A stretch of DNA of 64,000 bases from Podarcis pityusensis (taxonomy: Eukaryota), in NCBI GenBank assembly GCA_964106645.2, contig OZ067044.1; one strand, written 5' to 3'. Shown here in pieces: positions 22,764 to 37,137 of the stretch. Position numbers and translations under genes: made by a program. A model generated the notes under the pieces. It was not told the origin of the DNA. It was given only the letters and a program-made list of their open reading frames with translations, and ran no database searches. Numbering within the stretch: the stretch's first letter is position 1; each line of letters starts with the position of its first letter.

Positions 22764-24426
22764 TCCTAAAAGGTTTATCTGTATTATTCCTTAGACTATT
22801 GTACATGGTACAAGTGTTATTATGCAATAATACATACTTTTAAAAAAAGATAAAGGGGGGAAGGTTTAAATCTCCTTGAGAGTTTCAATGGCCTGAACAG
22901 AGCAGCACATTTCTAACAATGTAAAGCTAAAGCAGACACTTTCCTAGATTTAAATCCCAAAGTATTTCTGTTGCAGACTCCCATCTGCATATGCCAAAAA
23001 ATAGAGTTGTTAATAATGAATGTATCCAATGTGCAGTGCTGCATTGTTTGCACAATATTTCCTTCCCTGCCCTTCAGGAACTTTTGAAGGTGGCACATCC
23101 TTAGCATATACCACAAAGAACGAGACTTATGCTAATAAGATTATGTGTGACTCTGGAGCAGGGGTCTTGAATGAGACTTTCAGTACCTTGGCCTGGTATA
23201 GCCTCTTCCATTAATCTTTGGCTTGTTAGCCATAGCAGTTTGCTTCCCAGACAGCTTTTGGCTTTTATACAGACAGCTACTAGCTACAGCAATTTCTTGC
23301 ACATTCTTCAACATTGTGAAGATGAATTCAGGTGTTCTATTGCACACTTCCAACATTCAAGCTATCTTCCCCGACTGGAGGACAAGCAACACGCAAAGGG
23401 CCTCCGACCTCTTCCACAATCTTGCACTGGACTGATGTAGGGAGAGGTGGGTCTGGAAAACTATTCCCATGAAACTACTTTGACTGATTTATACTAATAT
23501 GCAAGGGATGTACGATGCATCCCTTATATTCATCTTACAGAGAGCATGGACTGTTCCTTTCATGCTGCATAAGAAGTATTAAGGTGACACATGTGAAAGG
23601 GATACTGAGATATATACTGAATGTTTTGCATTGCTGTATCAGTGGGTTTGAAGAATGAAGCTGGACTCCAAGTTTTCCTAAAGCTACTGAGCCAAGATTT
23701 TATTTCATTCATTTCAAAAGTAGGTCTTCTTTCTGCTAAGGGCAAGCTTGCCACAGACAGAGACTTGCTAATAAAGTGTGAATTTGAGAAGAGGGAATAC
23801 ACTTCCTCTCTCTCTCTTACACAGATACACTGATACATGCATGAACACAGGCACAGACTGAGTCGCAAGAGTGTTTAATTAAAAATCTCAAATTAGGGAT
23901 AGTATTCCATAAAATGCTAACTAAAAACAATGCACTAAAAATAACCTGCGTTGGAATAAATCATTGTTTTTATCATGAATGTTTGTGTAAGCATTCCCTC
24001 CCATGCAAACTCTGAAAGAGCCACAGCAGCAGGAAATTAACCTTTCATCACTTGCACTGCCTGGAGAAAGTAACTCAAAAGATGTTTTCTGCATTTATTT
24101 TTCATGTCGTGTACTCAGAGGTTTAGCATCAGAGCTGGTGACCTGCAGGCAGGTACCGGTAGATGGCTCAGGGAAGAACGAGGCAGGCAAGACAGGAAGG
24201 AAACTGAGAGCAAACAGTTCAGCCTGCACATGAGCAACAAGTTGCTTAAGACTGTGGAGCAAGATCAGAGGCAGCAGCTTTATTGGAGTTCTTGCACCAC
24301 TTGATCACAGGCAGTATTGCACCTTGCAGTGCAGCTGCCGCAGTGGAACAGAGATCAGGCCAGCAAGTAGTTCCCTCCGTTTGAAAGCTGCCATGGTGGC
24401 AAAGGGAATAATGTGCAGTAGTGTAC

Positions 24427-24560
24427 AGGAATGGGTAGTGTACAGCCCTCCGGGTGTGGTGGGACTCCAATTCTAATCAACCCAATCTATCATTGCAAAT
24501 GGCCAGAGATGATGGGAGTTGTAAACCAGCAACAGCAGGAGGGGCAAAGCTTCCTCACAA
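24427..24560. mobile_element. Degenerate palindromic hAT-type MITE
   Basis: gccctccgggtgtggtgggactccaattct ... gatgggagttgtaaaccagcaacagcaggagggg. Confidence 0.6.
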
Positions 24561-27393
24561 TTGTCCACAAGGAAGTAACATGGACCTTTGTATATGGACT
24601 TTTAATGGTGCTTAATTGAGTTTGATGGCAGAAACAATCTACAATTGTTTAGCTTCCATAAGTCTTTTTTTAAGGGATTCTGTTCCAAGAAGCCTTTTGT
24701 GTATCATGGCTGTGAGGAATGGAGAAGAATGCTACAAAAGTAGGAAGTCACATTAGTATCCTGAGGGGAAACCATGCTGGGAGCTGCCCTTCTTTCGCAG
24801 AAGAATCAACATTTTTCCTAGATAGCTTTCTCACCAAATGGCAGTCTCACTCAGGCTCTGTATAGAAAACATATTCTGACCCACAGGAATTCTGTCTCTA
24901 TCTGTACTGTAAGCTGACTTGTGAGGACAGATATCCTGGATGATGATAAAATTCTATTTTATTATTCATTTCTATCTTCCCTTTCAGGGTGTCTACTTTC
25001 TCAAGGCAGGTTTAACAGTGCAGATAGTATTAATATGTTACTATTAATAATATCATAGAGTTACTTTTCCCAGTACCATTAGTCCAATCTTATGCTAGGG
25101 AGTCGCATTTTTAAATATTTTGCCGACACTGAGCAATGTGATTTTACTGAGCTCCCTTTTCATGTGACAGATAAGGAAAAGCAAGTGTGTTGCTTATATA
25201 TTGCTCACTCCCTTGAATGGTGGGAACTTAATTAAATTGATTTCTATCCCACAATTTGATCTGGAAAGATTCCACAGATAGTTACAAAATAAAATAACAG
25301 ATTATAAAACATTAAGCACGTAAACAGGAATACATTATTACGGAAAACCAAATCAGATTGCCAATCCCAGTGACAGCTCTCTCAAACAGTTATTTTCAAT
25401 TGAACAACGAAAAGATTACAAGGATGTTGTGAGGAAGGTTTTATTGGCTGTGGGTACAGAAAGTGTCAGTGGGTCCTGGTTAGGGTGCTCAACAATCTCA
25501 CCTCTCATAAGGAAAGAACTTAGAATAGAGTTTCAAAGGTGCTCCTTCAGGTAAAGTTTCCAGGTTGTTGAAGGATTTAGAGTGTCTTGAATTTATCTAC
25601 TTATCAGAATAATTTATGTCCCATTTTCTCACTCACTTTACTCACTTCTTTTTTAGTCTAGTCAGTAGACTCTCAGTCACCCAGATCATGACCATACAAC
25701 TGGTGCCAGTAGCTAGTTCTGTTATGTGGGTAGCATACTTCAGCAAAAATAAAAGACAGAAAGTAAAATGTCAGTTGGGAAAAAAGTGCTGAAAGCAACT
25801 AGAACACAATTACGAAGCAATTAAGAAATAAGGTTCTATCTTTATTTCTTGTCAAATGCTAGTCTTTTCATAGTAGGACGCATTCGTAAATCAGGAAAAT
25901 CCCTTTCCTCTGAAAAGAATGCAAGCGTAATTTAAACAATCAAAGCTGGCTCTGATGGTCTGTATCAGCTATGATCCAGCTTCAGCTGGCTGCACCATTT
26001 ACTTGGGGGATAAGTAGGTGATCATTTGCAGACTTATTTGGGGGAAAAGGTCTGCCAATATCTATCAGCATTTCCTGAAATTCTTGGCAGCTTCCCAAAG
26101 AGAGTGTCAGTTTCATTGTGCTAGCTAGCAGATCTTCTATACCGCTTGGCAGTACGTTACTAACCTGCCACAGTCAGAAGCAACATTAGCAAAATAAATT
26201 GCACTGTAACTATGGCATTGCACTATTTGCAGACACACAAACCAACAGGTATGTGTCCTCGCACGTGGAGATCATTTTGGACTACATTGCATTTCCTGAA
26301 GACAATGGGAAGTTTGAGGACTGGTTTGTATTCTATGACCACCATGTGAAGGCTGTCTTAAATTGTAACATGAGACAGTGGTTACTGTTATGTACTGAAG
26401 TTTTCACCCTGGGCCAGCAGGGGGATACTGTAGATAGTTTTCACTCAGGTCCACATACGCAAATAAGGGACTGAAAGTGACGTTCAGTGATTGGATAGTT
26501 ACAGAAAGTGGTTACTGTTGCATTGTGGTGGAGCTCTATATAAGCAGGCTGGCTAAACCATTCAGTTCAGTTCTGTTCTGGCCTGTGAATAAACAAGAGA
26601 TGTTTGAAGAATTGCTGTGTCGTCTGATATGTTCACACACAACAGTTACCATGTGGTTAGTCTTTTGTGCAAAGCCACTCGTGGATTTTATTACACTTGC
26701 CAAACATTCAAAACCAAATGTTTGCCATGGTGTAGTGATCCAGGGAGGCATATATTGGAAGGAAATCTGCAAGTGCAAGCATTTGTGTTCGCCTGATAGC
26801 ATGATCTCTTTTCCCCACCCCTCCCTGCCGTCCCATGGGTTCACCCACTCACCCACCCTGAGCCAATTTATGGGGCGGGGGGACACGCAGGGTGAGGAGA
26901 TGGGGTGAAAGCCAAGCTGCACCAGTGGAAGTCCTTGCATAGGTTTCTGCCAGTGAGGCTCACTAGCTGAATCCTGCCCTTTATATTGTGGTTTTATTGA
27001 AATGACCTCAGTGTGGGAGCAGGGTAGAGTACCTACAGTGAAGCCTACCAGAGTAACTTTAATAACAATTATATTAATGTCTGAGGATATGTGTGTGTGT
27101 GTCTGTCAAAGGAGTTGTAGCTGCAGCTGCTATGTTTCATTCCTAATATCTCTAAATATTATTACTATTATTATACATTAATTTATACACCACTTACTTG
27201 CCAATAAGGCTGAGAAAGACTGCTGTTGGAAACTCTAGAGAGCTGCTTGCCAGTCTATAAAGTCACAGAATAGAATCATATCTTGGGAGGAACCAACATT
27301 ATATCCCCTGGAGCAACAGCTGGAACAGTACCAGGACCTAGCCTCTTTACTGGGATGGAAATCACTTTGGGACCTCTGGTGGAAAGTGGTATA

Positions 27394-27603
27394 CAGTGGT
27401 ACCTCGGGTTACAGACGCTCCAGTTTACAGACTCCGCTAACCCAGAAATAGTACCTCGGGTTAAGAACTTTGCTTCAGGATGAGAACAGAAATCATGCGG
27501 TGGCGGGCGCAGCAGCAGCAGAAGGCCCCATTAGCTAAAGTGGCACCTCAGGTTAAGAACGGACTTCCAGAAGGAATTAAGTTCTTAACCCGAGGTACCA
27601 CTG
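27394..27603. mobile_element. Tigger/pogo-like MITE (family A)
   Basis: TA | cagtggtacctcgggtta ... taacccgaggtaccactg | TA, perfect 18-bp TIRs. Confidence 0.95.
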
Positions 27604-29202
27604 TATAAACTTAAAGAAAGAAAGAAACAGATTAGGATCCTGTGAATCTTTGGGTGGCTCAACTCTACCACACCATTTTTGAGGTCCTATTCAGGCTGCT
27701 GCTGGTGGTAGTCTCCCACCTACCCACTCAAGCAGAGGTTTATATCACAACAGAGCCCCCCCCCCATCAGCGGTGCTCTTCTCCCCTGACAGAGAGAGGG
27801 CCAAGCTTCATTCTCCTGCTATCTCAGCGATCAACAATGTGGGTTGCAGTCTTAATGGTTTTTTTTTTTACTAGGGACAAAAAGATTGAAAATGGCAGGT
27901 GGTGATATTAGCAATGAGAGTAATAAAAATTGTTTGCAAATTCCCTAGGAATTGTGTGGGTGATGGCTATGTATTATATTAGACAGCACCCCATATTTCT
28001 TACAGATATATTAAAAAGTTACCAAATGGTCCAAATTCTCCAAATGAGGAAGGCACTGAAGACTCCTGCTGCCTAATGGCCTTAAAACAAGTGTGACAGT
28101 ACAGGCTGCATTCAGATTGCAATCCAATATAGCCAGCAACCATGAAATGTATACATTTTCACATATAGAAGCAAGTTGATAGTATATAGAATAAAGGTCA
28201 ATGGAATCAGACACAAGGAATCAGTGGACGTGTTCAGAAACTAAGCTACCAGATATCAAAGTGTGAACTAAGACTTGCTGCAAGGGAAAATCTGGCCTAG
28301 TTTTTCACAAAACAACTCCAAGTCAAATATATCCAGGATTCTGCAAAAAAAGTAATACTTTAAATCAGTTTGGATTGAATGTGCTGGTAGAAGAGGCAAA
28401 TCAGAAACCTCTGGAGTATTTTTTCTCTGAATCTTCCTTTCTCCTTTTAAAGCTTCTTAAGTCCCTCTTAGAATTGATGCTTCCCGGTGAGATTAAAGGC
28501 AGCATTCACAAATGTTCTAAATGTACAGGGGGTTTCCTATGGCATTTAAAATAGAACATTTTATTTATCCTAGTCCTAATTCTTAAAAGTTAGGACTCAT
28601 TGAGCTGGTCCTTGGTTTTTCCTTTTCATAAAGCTTCCGTGCATTCAGGGTTTCATTGTATTGCTTTCATATTTCAGTATCTATTCATAAGAGACTGTAT
28701 TATTTAGTTAGAAGTGCAATGGAAACTTTTTAAATTAAGAGTTCTAAAGCAACAACAGCAAAACAACAAATTGCACTGTTGGATCCTTGAGCATGAAATG
28801 TCTCAAGCATGTAGAGAGACCTTTGGCTCACCCTGACACGTTCCTGGACTGTGTGTATGTCAGGTTGTCTGAATCCCCCACAAATGAGAAGCAATCAAAT
28901 GATAAATATGCATATAACATGTACATGATGTTCTAACAATCCTTCTCCCCTAGGCCACAATTTCAGCAGGGAATACCTAGTGGTGAGCTAAATGGCAGGG
29001 GTACCCAATCATGGGGAAATATGTATTTTTATTATTCATGCACCATAGTGCTACAGATGTTCCGTAGAGCTGGCAGTATAACAGGGTCATTAGCATTGCC
29101 ATCATCGTCATGGAAATGGTGCCACAACAGGGAATACCATATTAACCTTCTTTGGATCCCTCCTTACATTGCAATTGCTTTACACTGAGATCATCTCTAT
29201 GG

Positions 29203-29280
29203 CAGAGATGGGAAAAATGTAGCCCTCCAGATGTACATGATCATCCCTGGCCATTGGAGGACCACAGGTTTCCATCCCTG
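29203..29280. mobile_element. 78-bp minimal hAT MITE with perfect 8-bp TSD
   Basis: cagagatggga...ttccatccctg flanked by ctctatgg at 29195-29202 and 29281-29288. Confidence 0.8.
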
Positions 29281-30822
29281 CTCTATGGATTGTCTCATTG
29301 GTAGGAAAAATGGTCAGCAGTATATTATATGCAACAACACAAAGTCATTCCTTCTCAAACCTGGAAACTTTAGCTAGTGTTTGGGAACAACAAACCCATT
29401 GTGGCAGAGCTCCAGTGATTCCAGAGACTCAGCTACACAGCTGCAAATAAATCATTTTAAGTGTGTTTTAAGTGCAATATACAATGTGACACTAGATGGC
29501 GAGGATGAGCCTTATGGAAAATTCAATGTGTTTAAAAATAATAATTCAGAACGGGTTTTTATATGTGTGTAGATTCCATACCAGATGGACATGGCTAACA
29601 CAATTTGGAAAAATCAAACAAGAGACCATAAGGGGATCTACAGCTGCCAATGGTGAAACATTCCTGTTTTGTTTCTGATGAAATATGAAATTGGATGCAG
29701 TTCAGATCTCATCTAACATTTGAGATGTTTTTGTCATGCAACAGTAGCTATCGTTCATGTTTGTTCATGTTCAATTTGTATGTAGCCTTAAACTGTTCAC
29801 TTATAAATCACCATCCATACATTTTTAATGGTTTTTTGGGCAGGGGTTCTTATGACCACAGAGAAAATCTTGACATGACTTGTGTCTATGCAATAAATCT
29901 GTTTTGTTTTTTTAACAAGGAAAACAAGTAGCCGCCCAACAGCCCCAGCCAGCATAATGGGAGTTGTAGTCTAAAACATCTGGGCTTTAGTTATAAAGGC
30001 TGGGACTCTGTGAACTGCCCAATAGATTCCAAACCGTCAGGAGCATAACTCTGTTCTGACTTGTTCTACGAATAAACCACCAGGGGGGTGGACAGATAGC
30101 AAGGAGGTGGGCTTCATTTGCAGGAAGCAGGTACACAGTTTAAATTCTTACAACAGAAGAACAGGATTTAAAAAAATAATCAATGAAGACATGACACAGT
30201 TCAGCTTCTACCAGTTGAACTTAATTCAAACATTTCCTCACATATGAAATGTTATTCAAGTATAATGAACAGCTGTAAAGCTATTACACTAAAAGAGGAA
30301 TCGAGGACAGTGGGGGCTTCATAATTCTTGCTACCATTTTTTTTTATTCCTTTCTCCTCTCTTTTTTTTTTTTTAAATTGTATAGGTCGGATACTATTTC
30401 AAAAACTTACTTTGCCATTTTTATCATTACACAGAAATACACACACATGCTGATTTAGATCCTCTATACCCTTACATGGTTTTTCTTCACCGCTATCACA
30501 TTTCACAAAACCTATTATCCTATGAGAAAAAGCATTCATCTAGTCATGGAATCAGAATGAAAAGCCAGAATTTCAATCACTGCCATAGATTCTCCGACAC
30601 ATGAAGGTCAGTGAATTTTTCTGTCTCATCTGTAAAACAGAGATAATTAATATTTCTTTTCATCTGGCCTTCATGTGTCCTACTTAAGGGAAGAAGGTTA
30701 ACCCTTTTTGCAATACAGAAGATCAGTTGCTGAGCTGCTGAGGTCCATACCATTTCAAATGCTCCCTTAGTGGCTGTTCCAAAGTGTATTCGTTCTTGTC
30801 ATTGTCTAAACTTTGCCTAGTA

Positions 30823-31049
30823 CAGTGGTACCTCGGGTTATAGACGTTTTGGGTTACAGATGCTTCAGGTTACAAACTCTGCTAACCAGGAAGTGGTTGC
30901 TTCAGGTTAAGAACTTTGCCCCAGGATAAGAATGGAAATTGTGCACCAGCAGGAGGCCCCATTGCAAAAGTATGCCTCAGGTTAAGAACCGTTTCAGATT
31001 AAGAACGGACCTCTGGAACGAATTAAGTTCTTAACCCGAGGTACCACTG
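30823..31049. mobile_element. Tigger/pogo-like MITE (family A)
   Basis: TA | cagtggtacctcgggtta ... taacccgaggtaccactg | TA. Interior homologous to 27394. Confidence 0.95.
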
Positions 31050-33337
31050 TACTCTGTACTCCTATTCTGCCCCTGCCCCCCCCTTCCGGTAGAATAGTAT
31101 ATATTGTAGCAAAATCTGGTTAGCTAGTGTGGAACCTGGAAACCTTATCAGAATCCAAACAACTTCAAATGCCCATTTAAAAAAGTGTTAGACACAGCAA
31201 GCATGGAAAATGTGCACTTCTGGAAATGTAAGGATGCTTTTTCCATTCAAATGTAGAGTACAGCAAACAGCCCTTGATGAAAAATTAACCCAACAATGTA
31301 GATTAGCTGGAGGCAAAACTCCACAAGACCACTTAATGGACCCGGGGTTATCTTTTCTCATATAACCTAATTCACAGGGTGGAGATTCTCTACAGATACT
31401 CTCACTTAATTCTTAGTCAGTCTCACTGTCTATATTTCAATGAGCACTGATAAAGTAATGGTTGATGTAAGAGCAAAACTGTCCAAGTCTGTTAAGAGTT
31501 TTGTTGTTGATTGTATTGTACTATTTCTAACATGTAAACTTCTCAATAAAAAGGCTACACATAAAAACCCCTCTCCAGTTCCAATGGACATGGAGTTTGA
31601 AAAATATGAGTGCTTTTTACACCTCATGGAACTAACTTCAGCTTTTAGGGGCTCAGACAAGAACTCATTCCAAAGCCTTTATGTCATTTTTATCACCCAC
31701 GTTCCACTCTTGCCTCTCTTTCCACTGTCTCAGTCACAACTATATTTTCAAATTCTGCAGATTAAAGTTACCTCACAGCTGCCTGGCTGTAAAATTACCT
31801 TTACTCCACAAGTAGGTCCCAGTGAGTTCAATGGGACTCAACCCAAAGTAGGTTTGAATAGGATTGCAGCCTTGGTTCTACACAGCCCATGCGATAGAGA
31901 ACTGTAGCTGCAATATACTGTAGATATCGAAATGCTTTTCAAATGCCAAGTCTTCTTTTTCAAGCCTCAAAGCAAACAATCAGCCTAAAGGCTGGAAATG
32001 AAATAGAAACAGAAGTTCGTGAAAGTGGATGGGGGGAGGGGATGAACCTGGGTATGAATACTATAGTAAGGGAAATGGGAATGAAACATTTCTATTTTTA
32101 GCAAGACAGATTCAAAAGGAATTTCCCAGCTGAAAGGAAAACATCATGTTGAATTTTCCTTCCAGGGATTTCCCAGTGAATATGGTAGAGTGCTTAATGC
32201 TGCCAGTAACTATTCTGGCCTAGAAATTCAAAGCTTGTGGGAAGGGATATTTTTTTTAAAAAAATATCCTAAATATCAGAGTTTTCCACAGCATCAGATT
32301 ACCTTGCAGCGTTGGCAGCCACTCCCCAAACCATATAAAAGATTTGCATGTACGAGTAAGAAATGAAATAAATAAATTTCAAATCCCAGTTCTACGTCAT
32401 CATTTTATTGAGCAAGGAAAAGAGATCAGGCAAGGTTAACCTCACAGCTGTGAGTGACAAAGACGAAACAAATGCCATTTAACACAACATTTTTAGAGCA
32501 GAATTGGATCATTAAAAGAATATGCCTAACTAGCCCAGGGTTGCTGCTGTGCAGCCCAAATCTTAAGCATGCATTCTCTGAACTAAGTACAACTAAGTTC
32601 AGTGAGAGTTACTCCTAGGTAAGTGTGCACAGAATCACAGCACAAACCTAGGCATGCCCACTCCAAAATATCATTGATTTCAACAATGATTACTCTTAGG
32701 TAAGCAAGCACAGGGTGGCAACTTTAAGGTTGAGCCCAATGGTATGCAAAAGCAGAAGACTTTTGCTCATGCATTGGGTCTCCCCCTTTCTCTCCTCCCC
32801 ACTGCAGTGTCCTGTGTACCTTAAAAATTTGCCCCAGAGGATTGGGGCACCATCTTTACCATTTGCTAAAGAACCACCACAATAATAACATTAGAAGAGT
32901 CGGGTTTGTATTAACAGAGCAAAGAAGGTCTTCAGGACTAGAATGTAAGGGGAAAACCAAAACTTAGAAATGTTCTGCAAGAGAAAACAAACCAGACAGG
33001 GCAGGGGTCAATTTAGCCACGAGCTGTGTAAAGGCCTGCTACAGACATGATAGACAAGCATGAAATTGGAGAGGAAACTGAGCTTGTCGGCAACACAAGG
33101 GTCAACTTTTTATTAAAATAAAGTGTTTTGGACTCTTTGGCTATGAGAGACTAGGAGCTGAGATGTCTGCTCTCTTGCATTGCTGTTATTTTTCAGCAGT
33201 CCCAAAATGTAGCAGAGCAGAGTTACTTGGAACTGCAAACGAATCCTATGCATGTTTACTTAGATGGAAATTCACAACATTTTTCAGTGGAGGCAGGCAT
33301 GGCAGTGCGTGCAGCTTACATTATTTTCCCATTAAAC

Positions 33338-33474
33338 CTGGGGTGGAGAATCTGTGGCTCTGCAGATGTTGCGGGACTCCAACTTCCATCAGCCCCAGCC
33401 ATCATCCAAAGTTCTAGGATGACGGGAGTTGTAGTTCAGCAACATCTAGAAAAGCTTTGGTTTTCTCAGCCTTG
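33338..33474. mobile_element. Palindromic hAT-type MITE
   Basis: cagatgttgcgggactccaacttcc ... gggagttgtagttcagcaacatct. Flanks cattaaac / tgttaaac are a degenerate 8-bp TSD. A second degraded copy lies at about 33520-33642. Confidence 0.7.
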
Positions 33475-36400
33475 TGTTAAACAAAGAGTAATGAGGTGAG
33501 GCAGAATAACATTCCATAAACCGACTTTTTCCAGCCTAGTGCTCTCCAGAAGTTTTGATCTACAACTCCTATTATCCCCAGGCAGTAAATGCTGGCTGGT
33601 ATAGATAAGAGTTGTAGACCAAAACGTATGGTAAAGGCTGTGCTCGATTTAGGCAAGTTTCACCTGTTACCTTTCCTAAAGACAAATACAGCAGCAATCA
33701 GTTCTTCACAATTTTCTTCTTAAGCGGAGCAAGCCTACCAATTGGGGGAATTAAACAGGTTTTCCTCCTATTGACATTTTGATGAGTCAGACTGTGTTCC
33801 TGACCAATCGTATGAGATAAGTGCCATAAGACCAAAGGCAAGGGATAGCAGAACATTTCAAGAAAATTTATCTCACAACACAAAGGGCACTGAAATAAAA
33901 AAAAGATATGCTGACACATCTCTTTATTGCTGCATTATGGGGAGAAATCATTTAGTTCATCTCCACTGTTACTTTCAGTCTTCTTTTTGTCTCTATTGAT
34001 TTTTTTATTAACAATCCAGGTTCTAATGGCTTTCATTCTTATGAAAGACACTTATTATTTCTTCAAAATAAAAGGCCTTATACCACACAAATGTAGGACT
34101 TCCTTCAACATTTTATTTCTAGGGATGCCCTCCAAGTGAAAAGCAGAATGATTAAGAAAAGCACCAGGCATCTTTTGTGCTTGTACTTAATGTGGAATAT
34201 AACAAAGCTCTGGTATGGGCTTCTGAAATACAGGTTCTTGACAAAGACGGATGGAACTGTGATAGTTTAGGAGGGGAAAGTGTTCACTTTGTAATAGCAC
34301 TTCAGTTAATAGAACTTGCTATATGACAGTATTATTATTATATTTTGGAATTTTTATTTTGGGTCAACACAGCCTTAACTCGCCCCCATGTGTGATGTCC
34401 CTTAGGCTAAAACACAAACTTACCTGAGTGTAAGCCCCACTGAATTCAATAAGGCTTACTACAAAGCAGACATGCTTGAAATTATGCTGTTCATGAAAAA
34501 ATTATGAAAATAATTATCAGAAAGAAGGGACAGAGATTTACTAGTGCAATCCTTCTATTCCCGATCTGCTTGAAAGCTATACATGTTATTTATTATCAAT
34601 CAATCAATGCGCAATTGCATCATAACAAAAATAGTCATAAGCAATAAATAAAATGTGACCCTATAAAAATAGCATTTATATTTACCCAGAGCATGCATGC
34701 CAACAAAGAGTTGTGAGCGTTCATTTATCTGAAAGGATGGTACTATACTTGAGTACTCTAAGTACAAAACATAAGCATTAGCTATAAAGCACAAGCCTTC
34801 CTCTGATTCTGTACTATTTAGGCCATGCAAAGTTAAGTTATTAATGCATATTAACACTCTGCTTTCCTTCATCTCCCACTAAATAAGCACTGAAGATCTA
34901 TGTTGTAATGAGTTTGGGTTAGACCAAATGGGTTTTTGGGATCCTCTCCAATGCTGTGATTATAGAGCTGCAAGATTGGATTTTGCAGAAGAAGAGACTG
35001 ATAGCAAAGAAACTAGTTTCATCATGTTACGTAATTAATTCTTAATCGCCAGCAATTCCTTGTGAAGCTTTGTTATGTTAAAATGGAGTTTTAATTGGAC
35101 AATCAAAGCTGTTCTAATATACAAGGCAGGATGGTGTTGATTAAATAGATGGAGAATTCATAAGAATCAAGCTTCACAGTTTATTAAAAATGGCTGTTGG
35201 ATAACGAATATGAAATATTTGTCTTTTCCCCTTGCAGTTAAATTTGTGTCTGGAAAATATTAATGAAAAGCAAACAGAGAAGGTGAAGTCTTTGGGTGTA
35301 TATGAAGAGAATGGAAAATTCTCAGTAAAAATGTTGCTGCATTCTCCAAGGCTCAACTTGAGGCTGGCCCTTTCCTGCTATCCAAATTCCAGTCCAGGTC
35401 AGTGCAAGGACAATGCCTATGTCACACTTTTCATTTTTGCAGTACATGGGAGAAAGCAGAACAGAACAAGAAGTAACTGGAACATTGGTCCATTTGCCTC
35501 ACTGCAGCATGAGGAGGAAAAGGAGAAGGAGCCAGCCACTGGAGTCGCACTGCACTTGGCTCCATGCTTCGCCTCTGTGCTTTTTGGACATTGGAGGGCC
35601 AGGCCTCTACCCCAAAATATTGGAGGGGTCCCAAAAGGACTCAGCCCCCAGGAGCTGGCGCCCCTGCCCCATAGATGTCTTATGGCATTGACATGTATCT
35701 CCCAGGCTGCTATTTTGGGTATCATGGAGAAAGTTGACTGCAGATATGAGCTAATAGTAGAAAACCTCCAGCTATGTATGAGTGTGGAATATAAAACAGA
35801 AACATAATGGGTCAGGTCCATCAATTTAGTTGAACCCCTAAATGCCTCTGATTTCAACAGGAGCTAAGTTCATCAGTGATAACTTTTTATATTAATTTCA
35901 ATGGAACCTAAGTGCAACTAAGTAAGTCTATATTACATCCATATACCAAAAATTGTGCTGGAGTCAAATTTGTATATTTTCAGAAAACAGAAAAAGTATT
36001 ATTAGTGGAAAAGCAAACATTTAGCTTTCTGTACTCCTCCGTTCTAGCAGACTCTAATTACTATCTTGAGAATACAAAAAAGATCAACAACTAATTTGGA
36101 ATGGAACACAAAGGAAATTACTTTTGCTGTGCTACTAAGGAAAAATAAAACACTCCTAAGGCAATGTTCATTTTAGGACATAAGAATTCTTTCTGATAAA
36201 TATTAGTCGAAGGTGCATATAGGTGAAACAGAGAATAAAGTAATAAGTATAGATAAAATTAGTTGCATAACAGAGATCCATTTGCTGAAGTTTAAAAGTT
36301 ACTGTCCAGGGAATAAGCAAGCTATCATGTTACTTGTATGAAATAGCTTATCAGGACAGGGGTTGGTATGTTGAAATCACAAGAAGAACCTCTGATGGGA

Positions 36401-37137
36401 TAAGCAAATAGTTCACAATTAATCTGAGTGGAACCCTAAGGACTAGCCAAGCATTTGGTTTATTTCCCCCTTTAATGAGGCTCAACAGTGTACTAAACAA
36501 GAACTTCCATTTTCCTGGGACACATTTAGTCTCCACAAGCAATTCTTAAGCGCACAGATGAATGAACGAATGAACGGCTACTTCTGGAAAAGCATGTGAT
36601 GCCGCATCACTGCTGTGCAAACTACAGAGTCCCAAAATGTTTTAAGGACGTTTCTTTTTTGTTATGTGTTGATCATGTTCTTCTGCGAGCCAGCCACAAA
36701 AATGACAAGAGTGCAGTCACCACACAGGGATCAACGGAAGGATGCAGTTGGCTCAGCAGTCAACCCCGATAGTCTGATTAAGTGATCTACTATTGCTGAA
36801 GTCCTTCTGTGACCTGTCTGCTATTCCTGTGTCTAAGTCATTTGTGAAACAGCCCCAGCATGTGATCCCCTTGATGACGCAGGCATACTAACTGAGAAAG
36901 GTAGACACAGGCTTCCTTCTTTGTGTGCTCTTAAAAATACGATCAGCTACGTAGGGTTTCTGTTTTTGTGTTTCGGCGCGGATCCTTAAGGCTGAAATTA
37001 GATACAATGCAGCATGACCCAAGCAGGTCCCTACAAAGCAATGGGGGAGAAATTTAATACTCTGTATGGAGCTGGCAAGAGTGAGGAGTGGAGCCTTTCC
37101 TTACATGCACCCCTCTCCAAAGGCAGTGGCAGCACTA

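Noticed and set aside
26412-26430. CTCF-like ggccagcagggggatac
   Set aside because: Mismatches at the conserved GGCRC end. A single weak motif is not supportable.
31440-31907. 155-aa ATG ORF (also 35232-35807 and 57262-57699)
   Set aside because: No recognisable domain, composition typical of random AT-rich DNA, and partial overlap with repeat remnants.
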